A stretch of DNA of 64,000 nt from Octopus sinensis (GCF_006345805.1 NC_042997.1:78740001-78804000); one strand, 5' to 3'; numbered from the stretch's first letter, positions 1 to 13,433 are shown. A program made the numbers and translations. Notes: a model not told the origin generated them from the sequence alone.

Positions 1-670
1 TAGATTTTGCAATCCATTTAGAGTGGTTATGACCATTGTGTGAGGGAAAATTACCCGTAATGAGTTTCTCTTGATATCAGAATTGTACAATGTAGCGCGT
101 GAACTTGGCATGTTATCAATATCAGTCTTAGTGAGGGTTGTATTAAGAAGCAATCTCTGATAGTAATGACTGCGACCCACTGATGTAGCGTGGGTTGCCA
201 GCGCCCGAGGCATGAAAAGTATTGCGAGAATAGCGTGCTACTTTTTTATTATAACTATTTTATTTATTTACTTACTTGTTTATTTAATTATTTTTAAATA
301 TCGAAATTTTGAAATTTTGCACCCATTTTCCCACCCAAATTATGAGCTGATTTCGATTCTAAATTTACGAAGTTTATGTCATTCCCATCGCTATGTCAGT
401 CGGCATTCTAGAAATGCCAGCCGTTGTCACTCTAATTACTCTTCATTATTTTGAAAACGATAAGACACGCTGGTTAATGAAGCCCTTGATATATGAAAAA
501 CAAGGTTGATTTGAGGCGAAACATCCTCTCTCCATCTGTTTTCTTTCTTCATTCCTTTCTATAGAACACCGTAAGCTGGAAACGTCAAAGATTCTTCCAT
601 TTTCCTGAGCATCAAACTAATACACCTTGTTTGCTGTTACCTTAACTGTCTTTGTCTTCTTTTCTTTTGC

Positions 671-748
<78 letters not shown>

Positions 749-850
749 TGTGAGACCAAATTTTCAGATTTGAAATTTCAACAAATTTCAACGGAATTGA
801 AAAGGAAATTTTTTCAAAACTTGTTATACCAAAATCATCCTTGACGTAAC

Positions 851-924
<74 letters not shown>

Positions 925-1443
925 CAAATGAAATAAATGAAAAACAGGACGCAAAGGATGTTGCGGTACATATGTTTCGGGCTTTATAGAACAACTTATT
1001 CTTACATCAATGCATAATCGATATAACAGGTAGTTCAAAAACCTTCTTCAGCCGCGTGCAATTGCTACACCAAAGACTTGTATCACATTATAAAAGGTTT
1101 GAGAAAAAACATTTAGTATTGTTTATAATGGTAGGTAAACCAAGTATCATTGGGAAAGTATGTTTGTAAATCTTCATAGGCATACATGGTATTATTAGAC
1201 TCCAAAACAAATCGTCCATACCGTTTTTTCACTCGATATAGAATGAATACTAGGTAGGTTCCTTCATATAGGGGAAGGAATTGGATGTTGAGAGAAAGAG
1301 GAAAGGAGGGGAAGGGGATGAAACGTTAATGAAGTGGGATCACAAAAAAGAAAATATATATAAATATAAATATAATTATAAAAGCTAATAATAAATATAA
1401 AATATAATAAAAAGTAAAGATGTAAAAATATAAGCATATAAAG

Positions 1444-1527
1444 ATATAAAGGACGTCAAGTATAGGGTCATAAATTCCAGAAATGCATTTCTGGAATTTA
1501 TGATCCTATACTTGACGTCCTTTATAT
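1444..1527. repeat. 84-bp near-perfect palindrome (42-bp arms, 1 mismatch, no spacer)
   Basis: atataaaggacgtcaagtatagggtcataaattccagaaatg followed directly by its reverse complement, centred at 1485/1486. Confidence 0.95.
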
Positions 1528-1529
1528 GG

Positions 1530-2480
1530 ACACACCCACTATTCCATGCACTTTAACCCCTCTAAGGGCAGGACGCGCGTAATCTTATGGTTCTCACCAC
1601 CTTTCTCTCTCTAAGTTAAATCCCTACCTAAACTCTAAAATTTTAAACTCTAATTTCTCACCACAGTATAAATCTTACCTTGTCTTCAATAAATCATCTA
1701 TTAAAGTCTTCTACGCCACAACACCTAATTTAGGATCCATAATTGCCTCCTCTAACAGACGCAAACTTCAGCACCTGTAATCTGTCCCACTGAACCTCAC
1801 CCCAACCCACCTAGTCGCAATAATGCAACCCTTACTAACCCCATTCGACTCAATAATATCAACCTTAATGGTTCTCCCTATAATACTACCCATCTAACGA
1901 CATATACTAGCGGTGATAACCCCTACCAATCCTGTAGTACTGATTGTATTTCTATTTCTTCTTTCCTGGTAACTACCCGTACGAAATTAACCTTCCTAGC
2001 AATCAATTCCAACTGCAGGGCAGACAAGAAAATCTGCAATTTCCAGGTGCTTCAACTCTGCCTTCTCGGAGGTTTCTATCTACGCAAAAATGTACTCTAC
2101 AACTGCCGAGTAGTAACATCACGAGTAGTAACATCACTCTACAACTGCCGAGTAGTAACATCAAGGCTCTATATTGGCAGCACTGCTGATTTCAAGCGCC
2201 GCTACGGAGCACAGACGAACTCTTTCTATAATCCATATTCTAAATTATCTACCTCATTAGCAACTTATATACACAGCCTCAAATCCCAAAGCATTATCGA
2301 CACCCTATCCTGTTCCATCGTAAGTGAGGCTCCCCCAAAAAATACTAACCTCGGCACTTGTAAATTGTGCTTAAGGAAATCGCTTACCATCCTTCGCAAC
2401 GCAACCTCTCATTACTTAATAGATTGCTATTATCCCTAAATGTTAACATCTATTCACAAACCCAACAACAACTGACCACC
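1530..2480 (+). mobile_element. Penelope-like element (Neptune-type) 3' fragment with GIY-YIG endonuclease, degenerate
   Basis: Broken frames give WFSPPFS, KVFYATTPNLGSIIASSNR, and the ORF 2047-2439 VLYNCRV...LYIGSTADFKRRY...TSLATYIHSLK...CKLCL; internal 42-bp in-frame duplication near 2094-2163. Confidence 0.8.
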
Positions 2481-2483
2481 CTT

Positions 2484-2583
2484 NNNNNNNNNNNNNNNNN
2501 NNNNNNNNNNNNNNNNNNNNNNNNNNNNNNNNNNNNNNNNNNNNNNNNNNNNNNNNNNNNNNNNNNNNNNNNNNNNNNNNNNN
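2484..2583. other. Assembly gap (100 N)
   Basis: Run of n. Confidence 1.
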
Positions 2584-2589
2584 TATAGG

Positions 2590-2867
2590 GTGAATGGGTT
2601 GGTGGTTAGGGTGGTTAGGGTGGTTTCAATTCCTAGACCAGGTGGTGCATTGTGTGTTCTTGAGCAAAACAATTCATCTCACATTGCTCTACGATCACTT
2701 CAACACCTGACGCGTGAAGACCAATCTGTTCTGAGAACGTCAATTTGATGGAGACAGTGAGTTAATATGCAGCACGAACATTTGATCAATATAAACAAAT
2801 CAGTTGTGCAGGTCGTTCGGCAAAAACCTGAACTCTCATATGTCGCATTCGACTGAAGAGTCCATCG

Positions 2868-2868
<1 letters not shown>
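2590..2868 (+). mobile_element. tRNA-derived SINE, degenerate
   Basis: B-box-like ggtttcaattcc followed by gtgttcttgagcaa, shared with the SINE at 42869. Confidence 0.6.
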
Positions 2869-2923
<55 letters not shown>

Positions 2924-4532
2924 ACTTTAGTATTAGTAACGTATGCAAGCATACAATTACAGATATAGAGAGATAGGAAATTATATATTTATTCCCATTC
3001 ATCATATATACTCCGATAACACGAAAAGTGTAAATCTCAACAATGAAAGTTAACTATTGGAAATATACAATAAATTTCATGTTATAGTTTTTATCTTGTA
3101 TTATAACAGTCACCTATAATGAATTTTTTTAAACATTGTGCTCAACAACCAAATACTTTAATTGAAAGAAAATGAGACATGTTTATATTTGGTGCAATTG
3201 ACATAAGTAAATTTAAATCACTTTTCTTTTTCAGATTTCTATGTCTTCAAAAATACCTAAAAAATATCAAAGGATGCTGGAATCAAAATAATTTGGTTGA
3301 AGCTATATTTAACTAATAACTTAGAGAAATGTTTTACTGATAAGTCTATAAAAATTAGCATTGCAAATATTTAGACAACCTATTCTACTTACAAACAGAT
3401 TCTGTGAAAATATCAGAGTATGTTCATTCAAATGTGGTATAATGCACATCCGATGGCTAGTTTAAACACAGATATCATACATGTGAATTATACAAAGAAT
3501 ACTCTATGATTAGCAGTAGGTAATAGTCTAGTTGACAGACAATGAAACTCATCTTCTTAAACTCTTGCAGTAATGTCTTCGTTAGTGCCCTCAAATTGCT
3601 GTCATCCGACATTGATTTCTCTTCAAGTATTGTGTCTAAGATGGTCTTCATTAGATCGGCCCAGCTGATGTCACTCACAGTAAGGTTCTCAAATTCTTGT
3701 CTCATTATCTTCCCTCTTTTTACAATCTTCTCTCTTCGACTTTTTATTTTTTTACGATAATTTGTTTATCTCTTTGTGCTGTTTATTTTATTTTCCTAAT
3801 GGTCGTTATGTATAGTAATGGACAATAATAAAAATTAGTATTGCTGGTTAAGCAAAAGTTTCTACTCTATGAGCTAAGATACTGATAGAAGAACAGTAAT
3901 ACAAAATAGGTTTTCTAAAGAGTGGATAAAGAACACCAATAATAAATTATTTCCGTGGTGGAGAAAAGGCTATGCAAAAAGGGTGACATTGTGCATTGTT
4001 ACAATATAGTATTCTATAAAAGAATTTAAGGAAAGCAAAGAAAGTTAAAGAAACACTCTTGGAATGAAAGTATCAAAGTTAACTATTTAATTTCTAGTAT
4101 ACCCCTCACACATACACACATCTACACAAATATATTTCAACGCGAAAAACTGTCGATGATGAGTGCAGTTCTATTGTTGAAGGTCAAGGTCACAGCGTAA
4201 CAGATACACACGCACATACACATATACATGCATACATACATATATATGTACATCACACACGCGCGCACGCACACACAAACACACGCACACACACATAAGA
4301 ATCTGATAAAGTCACGAAGCAGAATCCAATTTAGTTATATGTTGATATAATTATTATATTAAGGTAGAAACGACATTTTAATACTTTTCATATCTCACTA
4401 TCCAGACGTCTGCGGATCCGTAAACGTGACCGAAGGGTCAGGGACAAAGTGAAACTCCTGAACACTAAAGGAATGATTGAAGAAGTATTGAAGAAGCTTT
4501 TGCAATAAATACTTGTGCGCGCGTGTGTGTGT

Positions 4533-4580
<48 letters not shown>

Positions 4581-5590
4581 GTGTGCGTGTATGTGCGTGA
4601 GTGTGTGTACATGAGTGCGTGAGTGTGTGTGTGTGTGAATAGTGGAAGGATATTTGTGATTCTGTATAAGTAGAAAGATTTTATTTTTGTTGCTCAAAAG
4701 TTGTTATATACTATTTAGCTGGCATTATGTGGTGTAAAAGCTGAGAACTGATAGGCATTGCTCACTTGGGTGAATTATTGCTTATGCATTGCTCTTCGAC
4801 ACGATCCGTGTTCATATACGTCTATTTCCTACAATATATCGCTTGCGACATTCCAGGTTTACTCAAAATAGTTTACGAGATCGCTTGACCTGCTAGGAAT
4901 ATCAGTCAAATACCCTACAAGTAATGCCCTAGTATTTAAAATAGATGATAGGAAAGTTATAGCTGAAATGTCATTGACCGAAACCTTCGTGAACCATCTG
5001 TTTTATTTTTAAATGGAAATGACTTTTATTAGCTATAACATAACCATTTAGTAGATGTTTATATAAGTATATACATGCATATAGCATTTTATATACACAC
5101 ACACACACCCATATATATATATTTCTATACACACATACATATGTGTGTGTGCGCGCGCGCGTGTGTGTGTGTGTTTGAAATAATAACCAAGGTGGTTAGC
5201 AGCAATTTCAAAACCACCAAAGAAATAAATCACCGTCACTAAGAGTGAAAAGGATGCAGTGAACACCAGCATTGGTAGAAACAGGAGTTGTAGACTCCCT
5301 TAGCCAAAAATACACGTGGTCCCTTTGTAATATATATTATTATATATATAATATATATATATATATATATTATATATCTATACATATATATTTACGCACA
5401 TATTACATTATATTATTACACTATATTACATACATATACATATACATATATACATGCATATATATACATACACACACCACACACACATATATACATATAC
5501 ACACACACACACACATATATACATATACACACACACACACACATATATACATATACACACACACACACATATATAATATATAATATATAT

Positions 5591-5673
<83 letters not shown>

Positions 5674-6309
5674 GAGAGAGAGAGAGAGAGAGAATTTGAC
5701 ATGTTTTCGGCTCAACCAATCTGAAGACGATATTTTGACTTGAAAGAATAAATTTGTGTAAAAGAATGTTATAAGTAAGAATATGCATAAATATTTCCGA
5801 ATCACTCACCTTGCTGTAAGCTGGCCTGTACAGTAATATTATAAGGGAAAAGATTTATTTCTTCTAGTTTCGTTCAACCGTGGTTTCAAGTAGCAGACAT
5901 AGCATGGACATCTGCCAATCATTAACCAATTTAAACTTAATTATTGGCTCGCTTGCAGATTTTGGTCGGAAGCCGAACCGTACTAATTCCAAATAAACAG
6001 AGCGTTTGACTATTTAAACAAATTTAGAAAGGAAAAAAGAATACATCACAAATAAAATTGTTGTAGTTAAAAGAACTATTCTTGTTAGAGAAGAGTGGAT
6101 TCGAAGTATTCTGTGATAATCTGAATTAATTGTAGAGATCTAATGGGCTGGACCTTTTTTGTAAGGAAAGCTTGTCTATTTAAATGACTCAATATTACAG
6201 ATATTTAATTTCTTCAGATTGAAGATAAAGGATGTATGTATGTATGTATGTATGTATGTATGTATGTATGTATGTATGTATGTATGTATGTATGTATGTA
6301 TGTATAAAT

Positions 6310-6467
6310 ACAACTGGTTTCTTTCAATTTCCGTCTACCAAATCCACTCACAAGGCTTTGGTCGGTCTGAGGCTATAGTAGAAGACACTTGGCAAGGTGA
6401 TATGCTGTGAGACTGAACCCGGGACCGTGCAGTTGGGTAGTAAGCTTCTTACTACACAGTCACGCTT
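6310..6467 (-). mobile_element. 5' part of an abundant tRNA-derived SINE (same family as 6887 and 9162)
   Basis: Shares tttccgtctaccaaatccactcacaaggc...gctatagtagaagacacttg...actgaacc with 9430-9578. Confidence 0.85.
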
Positions 6468-6886
6468 GCAGCGGGTATATTAATAAATCAATTTTGGATA
6501 TCAGTCATCAACTTCAAAATAACAGTTCTAGAGAGCAAAGCAGTCGTTTACACCCAGGAAATAAAATTATTGAATTGCCTCAAGATTTAGATCAGCGTTT
6601 TATTTAAATCTTGAGACTAACATCTTATTTCTGACTTGGAAAGTAAACTCCTGAATCCAAAGAAACAGATGAAGATCAGCAATGAAAATAATAATAGTAA
6701 ATCGGCCTTGTTTTTCACCCTTCACCCCAACCGAACTCACTGATACCCAACAAACTCCCTTTTGTATAGAAGGCGCTTTGAAGTGGGATCTATAGTATAC
6801 TTCAGGATTTTATAATGAATCAAGAACTAAGAGCGTTTCGAGATTTTGGTTACAAAACAATCTAGTGAATTAATCACAAAATTTTT

Positions 6887-7278
6887 GTGGGTGTGTGGTG
6901 AGAGGCTTGCTTCCCAACCACATGTTTCCGGGTTCAGTCTCACTGCGTGGCACCTTGGGCAAGTGCCTTCTACTATAGCCTCGGGCCGACCAAAGACTTG
7001 GTAGACGGAAACTGAAAGTAGCCCGTCGTATATACATACATATATACATATGTGTGTGTACGTGTGTGTGTGTGTGCGTGTTATTATGTTTGACCCTCCC
7101 CCACCGTCGCTTGACAACCGATGTTGGTGTGTTTACGTCCCCGTAACTTAGAGGTTCGGTATAAGAGACCTATAAAATAAGTACTAGGCTTACCAAAAAT
7201 AAGTCCTGGGGTCGATTCTTTCAACTAAAGGCGGTGCTCCAGCATGGCCGCTGTTAAATTACTGGAACAAGTAAAAAT
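6887..7278 (+). mobile_element. tRNA-derived SINE, near full length
   Basis: A-box-like gtgtgtggtg, B-box ggttcagtctc, ggcaccttgggcaagtg core, tail ggcggtgctccagcatggccgc...aacaagtaaaaa; reverse-complement match to 9162-9578. Confidence 0.9.
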
Positions 7279-7284
7279 AATACA

Positions 7285-7325
<41 letters not shown>

Positions 7326-7479
7326 CATGTATATATATATACATATAATATATATACATATATATATATACATATATATACATATAGATATTATATATAT
7401 ATAATATATAATATATATATTACATATATATATATACATATATAATATATAAAACATTATTGGTGAATTGAAGAAATGG

Positions 7480-7800
7480 AGCTGAACGCAGATTGAACAG
7501 AAATCGTTTTATTTCATTCTACACGTGTTTCGAAAGGCACAAATTACCAAAATCCGGTTGAATAATGGGACCATATTGTGTCTTTTCTTCAGGAAGAAAA
7601 AAGGAAATCCGTTAGAGAGAAACAAAAACAGAACAGAGGCGGAGCAAAAACCAAATCGAACTATGCTCCTAAGAGCCCATGGCGAAACTGTTTATCAGTG
7701 TATGCTGAACCGGTGGCTGAAGAATTCTACAGGTCAGGCATCGGTCAATCATGTGGGTGAGGGTGTATAGATGTTCTTAGTGACCGAGAATAAAGTTCTG
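7480..7800 (-). mobile_element. Probable Penelope 3'/pseudo-LTR remnant with a degenerate minimal hammerhead (7517-7595)
   Basis: Minus strand reads ttc-CTGAAGA-aaagacacaa...ttgtgcctttc-GAAAC-acgt-GTA-gaa. Confidence 0.5.
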
Positions 7801-7819
7801 ACTATTTAAGGAATATTGG

Positions 7820-7857
<38 letters not shown>

Positions 7858-7858
<1 letters not shown>

Positions 7859-9142
7859 GAGGGACCTTCAATAAGTAATGTCCCTGACCCACTTGCAGTT
7901 GTTTGATCTAGCTGAAATTTTGCATGTGCAATTATTCAAATCTTTATAGATTAAATGGCGAATTACAGCTCTGTGGTTTCCGATTTACAGGTGTTTGAAC
8001 TGAGTCAAGTGTGAAATGGAGCCTGTTGAGTGTCGAGCAGTGGTTCGGTTTTTGTATTTGAAAGGACGCATACCACGGGAGACTTTTGATGAAATGAAAG
8101 TAACTTATGGTGATGATGCCCCATCATATGACCTTGTAAAACGCTGGCATCGTGAATTCAAACATGGTCGGAACTCTGTGGAAACAGCTCCCAGATCTGG
8201 TCGCCCCCCTTCTGCCATTGATGAGGCATCTGTCCGTCAAGTTGAGGCTGCCATTTTGGAAGATCGACGCATAACTATTCGCCAAATAGCCCATGAGGTC
8301 AAGATTAGTACCGGGTCTGTGGAAACTATCATTCATGACCATTTGCATATGCAAAGGTGGTGTCTGCCAGATGGATTCCCAGGCTGCTCACACCTTTCCA
8401 GAAGCAAGAACGCGTCGAGTGCTCGAGGATGAATTTGGAGATGTGCCAAGAAGATGAGTCAAAATTTTTCAAAAGACTGATTACACAGGATGAAACCTGG
8501 GTCCATCACTATGATTCAGAGACCAAAGCCCAGTCAATGCAGTGGAAGCACCGTGACTCACCCCCTCCAAAGAAGGCAAGGGTTCAGCCCTCCGCTGGCA
8601 AGGTCATGCTCACAGTCTTCTGGGACCAGGACGGAGTATTGATGACAGATTTCCTGGGAAAGGGTACCACAATTACAGGAGCCTATTATCCTTCACTTTT
8701 GAGGAAATTAAGAGAAGCTATCAAAATCAAGAGGCGGGGCAAGATCAGCAAAGGCATCCTCCTCCTGCAGGATAACGCTCCGGTCCACAACTCGCGTCTC
8801 GCCAGATCAGAAGCACAGGCGTGCGGCTATGAACTCCTCCCCCATCCCCCCTACTCTCCTGACCTTGCACCCTCTGATTTTCACCTCTTCCCAGCCATGA
8901 AGTTGTTTTTGAAAGGAAAGCGTTTCCCAGATGATGCAGCCTTGATTTCTGAAGTCACGTCGTAGTTGGAGGACCAAGCTGGGGTCTTCTACAAAAATGG
9001 TCTCCAAAGCTGCATCAAACGATGGGAGAAACGCGTAACTCTGGATGGTTCCTATGTAGAAAAAGACTAATAACTGTGCCAAGTTTCGTTGCTCTACTGC
9101 TATGGGAAGTGGGTCAGGGCGTTACTTATTGAACGCCCCTCG
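7858..9142 (+). mobile_element. Full-length mariner (DD34D) transposon, irritans-like, 1285 bp
   Basis: About 36-bp TIRs (cgagggaccttcaataagtaatgtccctgacccact / agtgggtcagggcgttacttattgaacgcccctcg) with TA flanks inside (TA)n; transposase motifs WIPRLL, TQDETW, QDNAP, YSPDLAPSD, with 34 residues between the 2nd and 3rd catalytic D. Confidence 0.97.
8016..9070 (+). pseudogene. Mariner transposase with one frameshift (~8355) and one premature stop (TAG at 8963-8965)
   Basis: ORFs 8016-8432 and 8357-8965; the frame continues past the TAG as LEDQAGVFYKNGLQSCIKRWEKRVTLDGSYVEKD to TAA at 9070. Confidence 0.93.
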
Positions 9143-9161
9143 TATATATACATATATATAT

Positions 9162-9578
9162 ACTCTTTACTCTTTTACTCTTTTACTTGTTTCAGTCATT
9201 TGACTGCGGCCATGCTGGAGCACCGCCTTTAGTCGAGCAAATCGACCCCGGGACTTATTCTTTGTAAGCCAAGTACTTATTCTATCGGTCTCTTTTGCCG
9301 AACCGCTAAGTGACGGGGACGTAAACACACCAGCATCGGTTGTCAAGCAATGCTAGAGGGACAAACACAGACACACAAACATATACACACACACTTATAT
9401 ATATAATAATATATACGACAGGCTTCTTTCAGTTTCCGTCTACCAAATCCACTCACAAGGCATTGGTTGGCCGGGGCTATAGCAGAAGACACTTGCCCAA
9501 GATGCCACGCAGTGGGACTGAACCTGGAACCATGTGTGGTTGTTAGCAAGCTACTTACCACACAGCCACTCCTGCGCC
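9162..9578 (-). mobile_element. tRNA-derived SINE, full length, with (GAGTAAAA)n tail
   Basis: Minus strand begins ggcgcaggagtggctgtgtggtaag, B-box ggttcagtccc, tail repeats at 9162-9187. Confidence 0.92.
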
Positions 9579-9579
9579 T

Positions 9580-9639
9580 ATATGTATGTATATATATATT
9601 ATAACATACTATATATATATATATATATTATATATATAT

Positions 9640-9677
<38 letters not shown>

Positions 9678-9703
9678 CATATATATATATATATATATTA
9701 TAT

Positions 9704-9743
<40 letters not shown>

Positions 9744-9775
9744 TACATATATATATATTATATATATATATATAT

Positions 9776-9866
<91 letters not shown>

Positions 9867-9909
9867 CATACATATATATATATATATTATACATAGATAT
9901 ATATATATA

Positions 9910-9946
<37 letters not shown>

Positions 9947-10382
9947 CATATATATATATATATATATATTATACATATATATATAATATATATATTATAC
10001 ATATATATATATATTATATATATACATATATATATATAATATACATATATATATATATACATATACATACATATATATATATACATATATATATATACAT
10101 ACATATATATATATATACATACATATATATATATATACATATATATATACATATACATATATATATACATATAATATATATATATATATATAATATATAT
10201 ATACATACATATATATATACATATATATATATACATATATATATATAATATATATATATACATATATATATAACATATTATATAATATATATATATATAC
10301 ATATATATATACATGCATATATAATATACAATATATATATATACATACATATATATATACATACATATATATATATACATAC

Positions 10383-10415
<33 letters not shown>

Positions 10416-10889
10416 CATACATACATATATATATACATACATATATATATACATACATATATATATATATATATACATACATACATATATATATATACAT
10501 ATATATATATACATACATACATATATATATATACATACATACATATATATATATACATACATACATATATATACATACATACATACATATATATATATAC
10601 ATACATACATACATACATATATATATACATACATACATATATATATATACATACATACATATATATATATACATACATACATATATATATATACATACAT
10701 ACATATATATATATACATACATACATATATATATATATATACATACATACATACATATATACATACATACATATATATATATACATACATACATATATAT
10801 ATATATACATACATACATATATATATATACATACATACATACATATATATATATATACATACATACATACATATATAATATATACATAC

Positions 10890-10985
<96 letters not shown>
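9580..10985. repeat. About 1.4-kb compound (TA)n/(TACA)n microsatellite
   Basis: Direct reading; source of the spurious YI/CM-repeat ORFs. Confidence 0.98.
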
Positions 10986-10987
<2 letters not shown>

Positions 10988-11399
10988 CATATGATAAGAG
11001 TACACGAATGTGCCTGCCTGCTAAACATAAGAGTTAAAACTCATTAAACCACCAATAATAACAGAGAAAATAACAACAGAAAGCAACAGTATTCGACCAA
11101 ACGGATCGAAAAAAATTTTTTGACATACCTATATAGCAGAATGCTTTATATTTCATGGTATCAGTATACATGTGGACCGGTTTCTGGTTTGAAATAAATG
11201 TTAGCTTCATCAGCACATGTCAACCATTTGAAAAATCTGCCCAACCCGTTACGTTGAAATCTGCTGGCCCTCTGAATTGTTTTGCGCCAAATCAGAACAG
11301 CTTCGGTGTGAAATGTACAATACGGAGCAAATATTCAGAAGTCAATATATATATAGATATTATTATTGCTATTATTATCGGGAGCAATATAGATCATTG

Positions 11400-11410
11400 A
11401 TAATAACAGC

Positions 11411-11445
<35 letters not shown>

Positions 11446-11472
11446 ATACATACATACATACATATATATATA

Positions 11473-11510
<38 letters not shown>

Positions 11511-11748
11511 CATATCATATATAATATATATTATATATTATATATACATATCATATATATATATATATATTATATTATATATACATTCATATATATATTA
11601 TATATATATATTATAATATAATATATATATACATATACATATATATACATAATATATATATATATATATATATCTATCTATACATATATATACATATATA
11701 TAATATATATATATATATACATATATATACATATATAATATCATATAC

Positions 11749-11792
<44 letters not shown>

Positions 11793-11969
11793 CATATATA
11801 TATTACATATATATATACATATATATATATATATACATTATATATATATACATATATATATACATATATATATATATATACATATATATATATTAATATA
11901 ATATATATATATATTACTACATATATTATATTAATAATATATATATATATATACATATTATATATATAT

Positions 11970-12014
<45 letters not shown>

Positions 12015-12022
12015 TATATATA
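11400..12022. repeat. (AAT)n plus degenerate (TA)n tract
   Basis: Direct reading. Confidence 0.95.
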
Positions 12023-12024
12023 TC

Positions 12025-12825
12025 GTTTAATCCATGCTAGAAATCTTGGTAAGACCAGGTGTGTGAAAGAAGACTATCTGTGTAGACTTTGTGGAGAAAG
12101 GGGCACATTGGTACACATCTTGTTTGGATGCAGAATAGCACTTTCTCAAAGAAGATGCAAATAACGCCATGATAGGGTTCTTGCAACACTTGCTCACACC
12201 CTAGAGCAAGAAACGCTCAAGAGACATCATGATCAGAGGAAAGCAACAGGTGCAATTAATTTTGTGAAAGAAAGAGAGAGGCCAGTAAAGTCAGTTGACA
12301 CATCTCATAGCTTGCTGCATGGATTCCAATCATGGGATATGGAAGTAGACTTGGAGGAGAGACTGCAGTTTCCACAGGCCACCCATACAACCCTGAAAGC
12401 AGATGTGGTTTGTGTGTTCAAAAAAGATCAAGAAAACGATCTTAATTGAGCTTACAGTCTCGTGGAAAAAGGGTTGTGGTGGGACCCATGAACGGAAGCG
12501 TGCCAAATATGAGAGCCTTCTGCAAGAAGAAAGGATGGCAGTTATGGCTTTTCCCAGTCGAGGTTCGCTGCTCAGTCGGCATGGAGGATGCTTACAGCCT
12601 TTGCAATGAAATGAAAAGAGCGAAGGGTGGCTGTGCGCAGGATGGAAGAGGCAGCTGAAAGAGCTTCTTGCTGGTTATAGAACAAGAGAGATGAGTTAAG
12701 CTGGAAGCCAGGAGATGAGGAGCAGTCATTTGGCCACCTTTGCTGACCCACCAAAGGAAGGATGTTACGGTTCAGGGTCGAAACCCCCGATGAACGTTAG
12801 ATGCCGTCTGATGACATCAGCTGCT
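12025..12825 (+). mobile_element. HERO/NeSL-like RLE non-LTR retrotransposon, 3' fragment
   Basis: [17 protein letters not shown] zinc knuckle, RHDRVL, WDMEVDL, ILIELTVSW, HERKRAKY, GWQLWLFPVEV (restriction-like endonuclease); multiple frameshifts. Confidence 0.82.
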
Positions 12826-13101
12826 CTTTTTTAGTATTATTAACATAACACACACACACACACATACATTTATATATATATATATAAAGTCTTTGTTCTT
12901 CTCTAACCGGAAAATCCTCCCTCTCATCATTTATTTATTATATATGAATCAGTTATATGACTAACCAATATTTTTTGCTTCAAACTTATCCAATCAAAAC
13001 TTGATATATAAATATTTCCATAGTATAACGTTTAGAGCTTTACTAACTTTCTTTTGTTACATAACTGCACACACACAATCACACATACAAGAACTCACAG
13101 A

Positions 13102-13147
<46 letters not shown>

Positions 13148-13433
13148 GGGAGCACAAGAGTGATATTTGTAACCATATTCAAGCAACATTTTTTCACACG
13201 AAATTGTGTATCACTAATGTTAGCATGCCATTCGGAGTCGTCACAGTCCAAATAACCTGCTATTAGCAAGTAGAGATTATACTGTGTTTATTATAGTACA
13301 AGTACAGTACCCTCAATACCCGGATATTGTATCAAAGTAACATTAGACAGAAAGATGTGATTTCAGAAAGAGTTAGCCGCTACATCTAATACTTGTAACT
13401 CTCACGTTAAAGCTTTCTTGTTGGTTCAAGTAT

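Noticed and set aside
2094-2163. Short direct repeats that might suggest a CRISPR-like array
   Set aside because: Local tandem duplication in a Penelope ORF; no unique spacers, no cas genes, eukaryotic context.
2367-2672. ORFs containing X runs
   Set aside because: Artefacts of the 100-N gap.
6470-6740. Coding-looking stretch between SINEs
   Set aside because: Frames are short and interrupted, with no splice pair or recognisable motif.
8016-9070. SETMAR-like host gene
   Set aside because: No SET domain; bounded by TIRs and TA, with a frameshift and a stop.
9534-11005. Long ORFs of 120-423 aa (YI/CM/HT repeats) and similar ORFs elsewhere
   Set aside because: Translations of (TA)n, (TACA)n and (CA)n microsatellites; no coding evidence.
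12775-12822. GAAAC...CTGATGA resembling a type II hammerhead in the HERO 3' UTR
   Set aside because: Stems I and II cannot be formed convincingly around the core in this copy.
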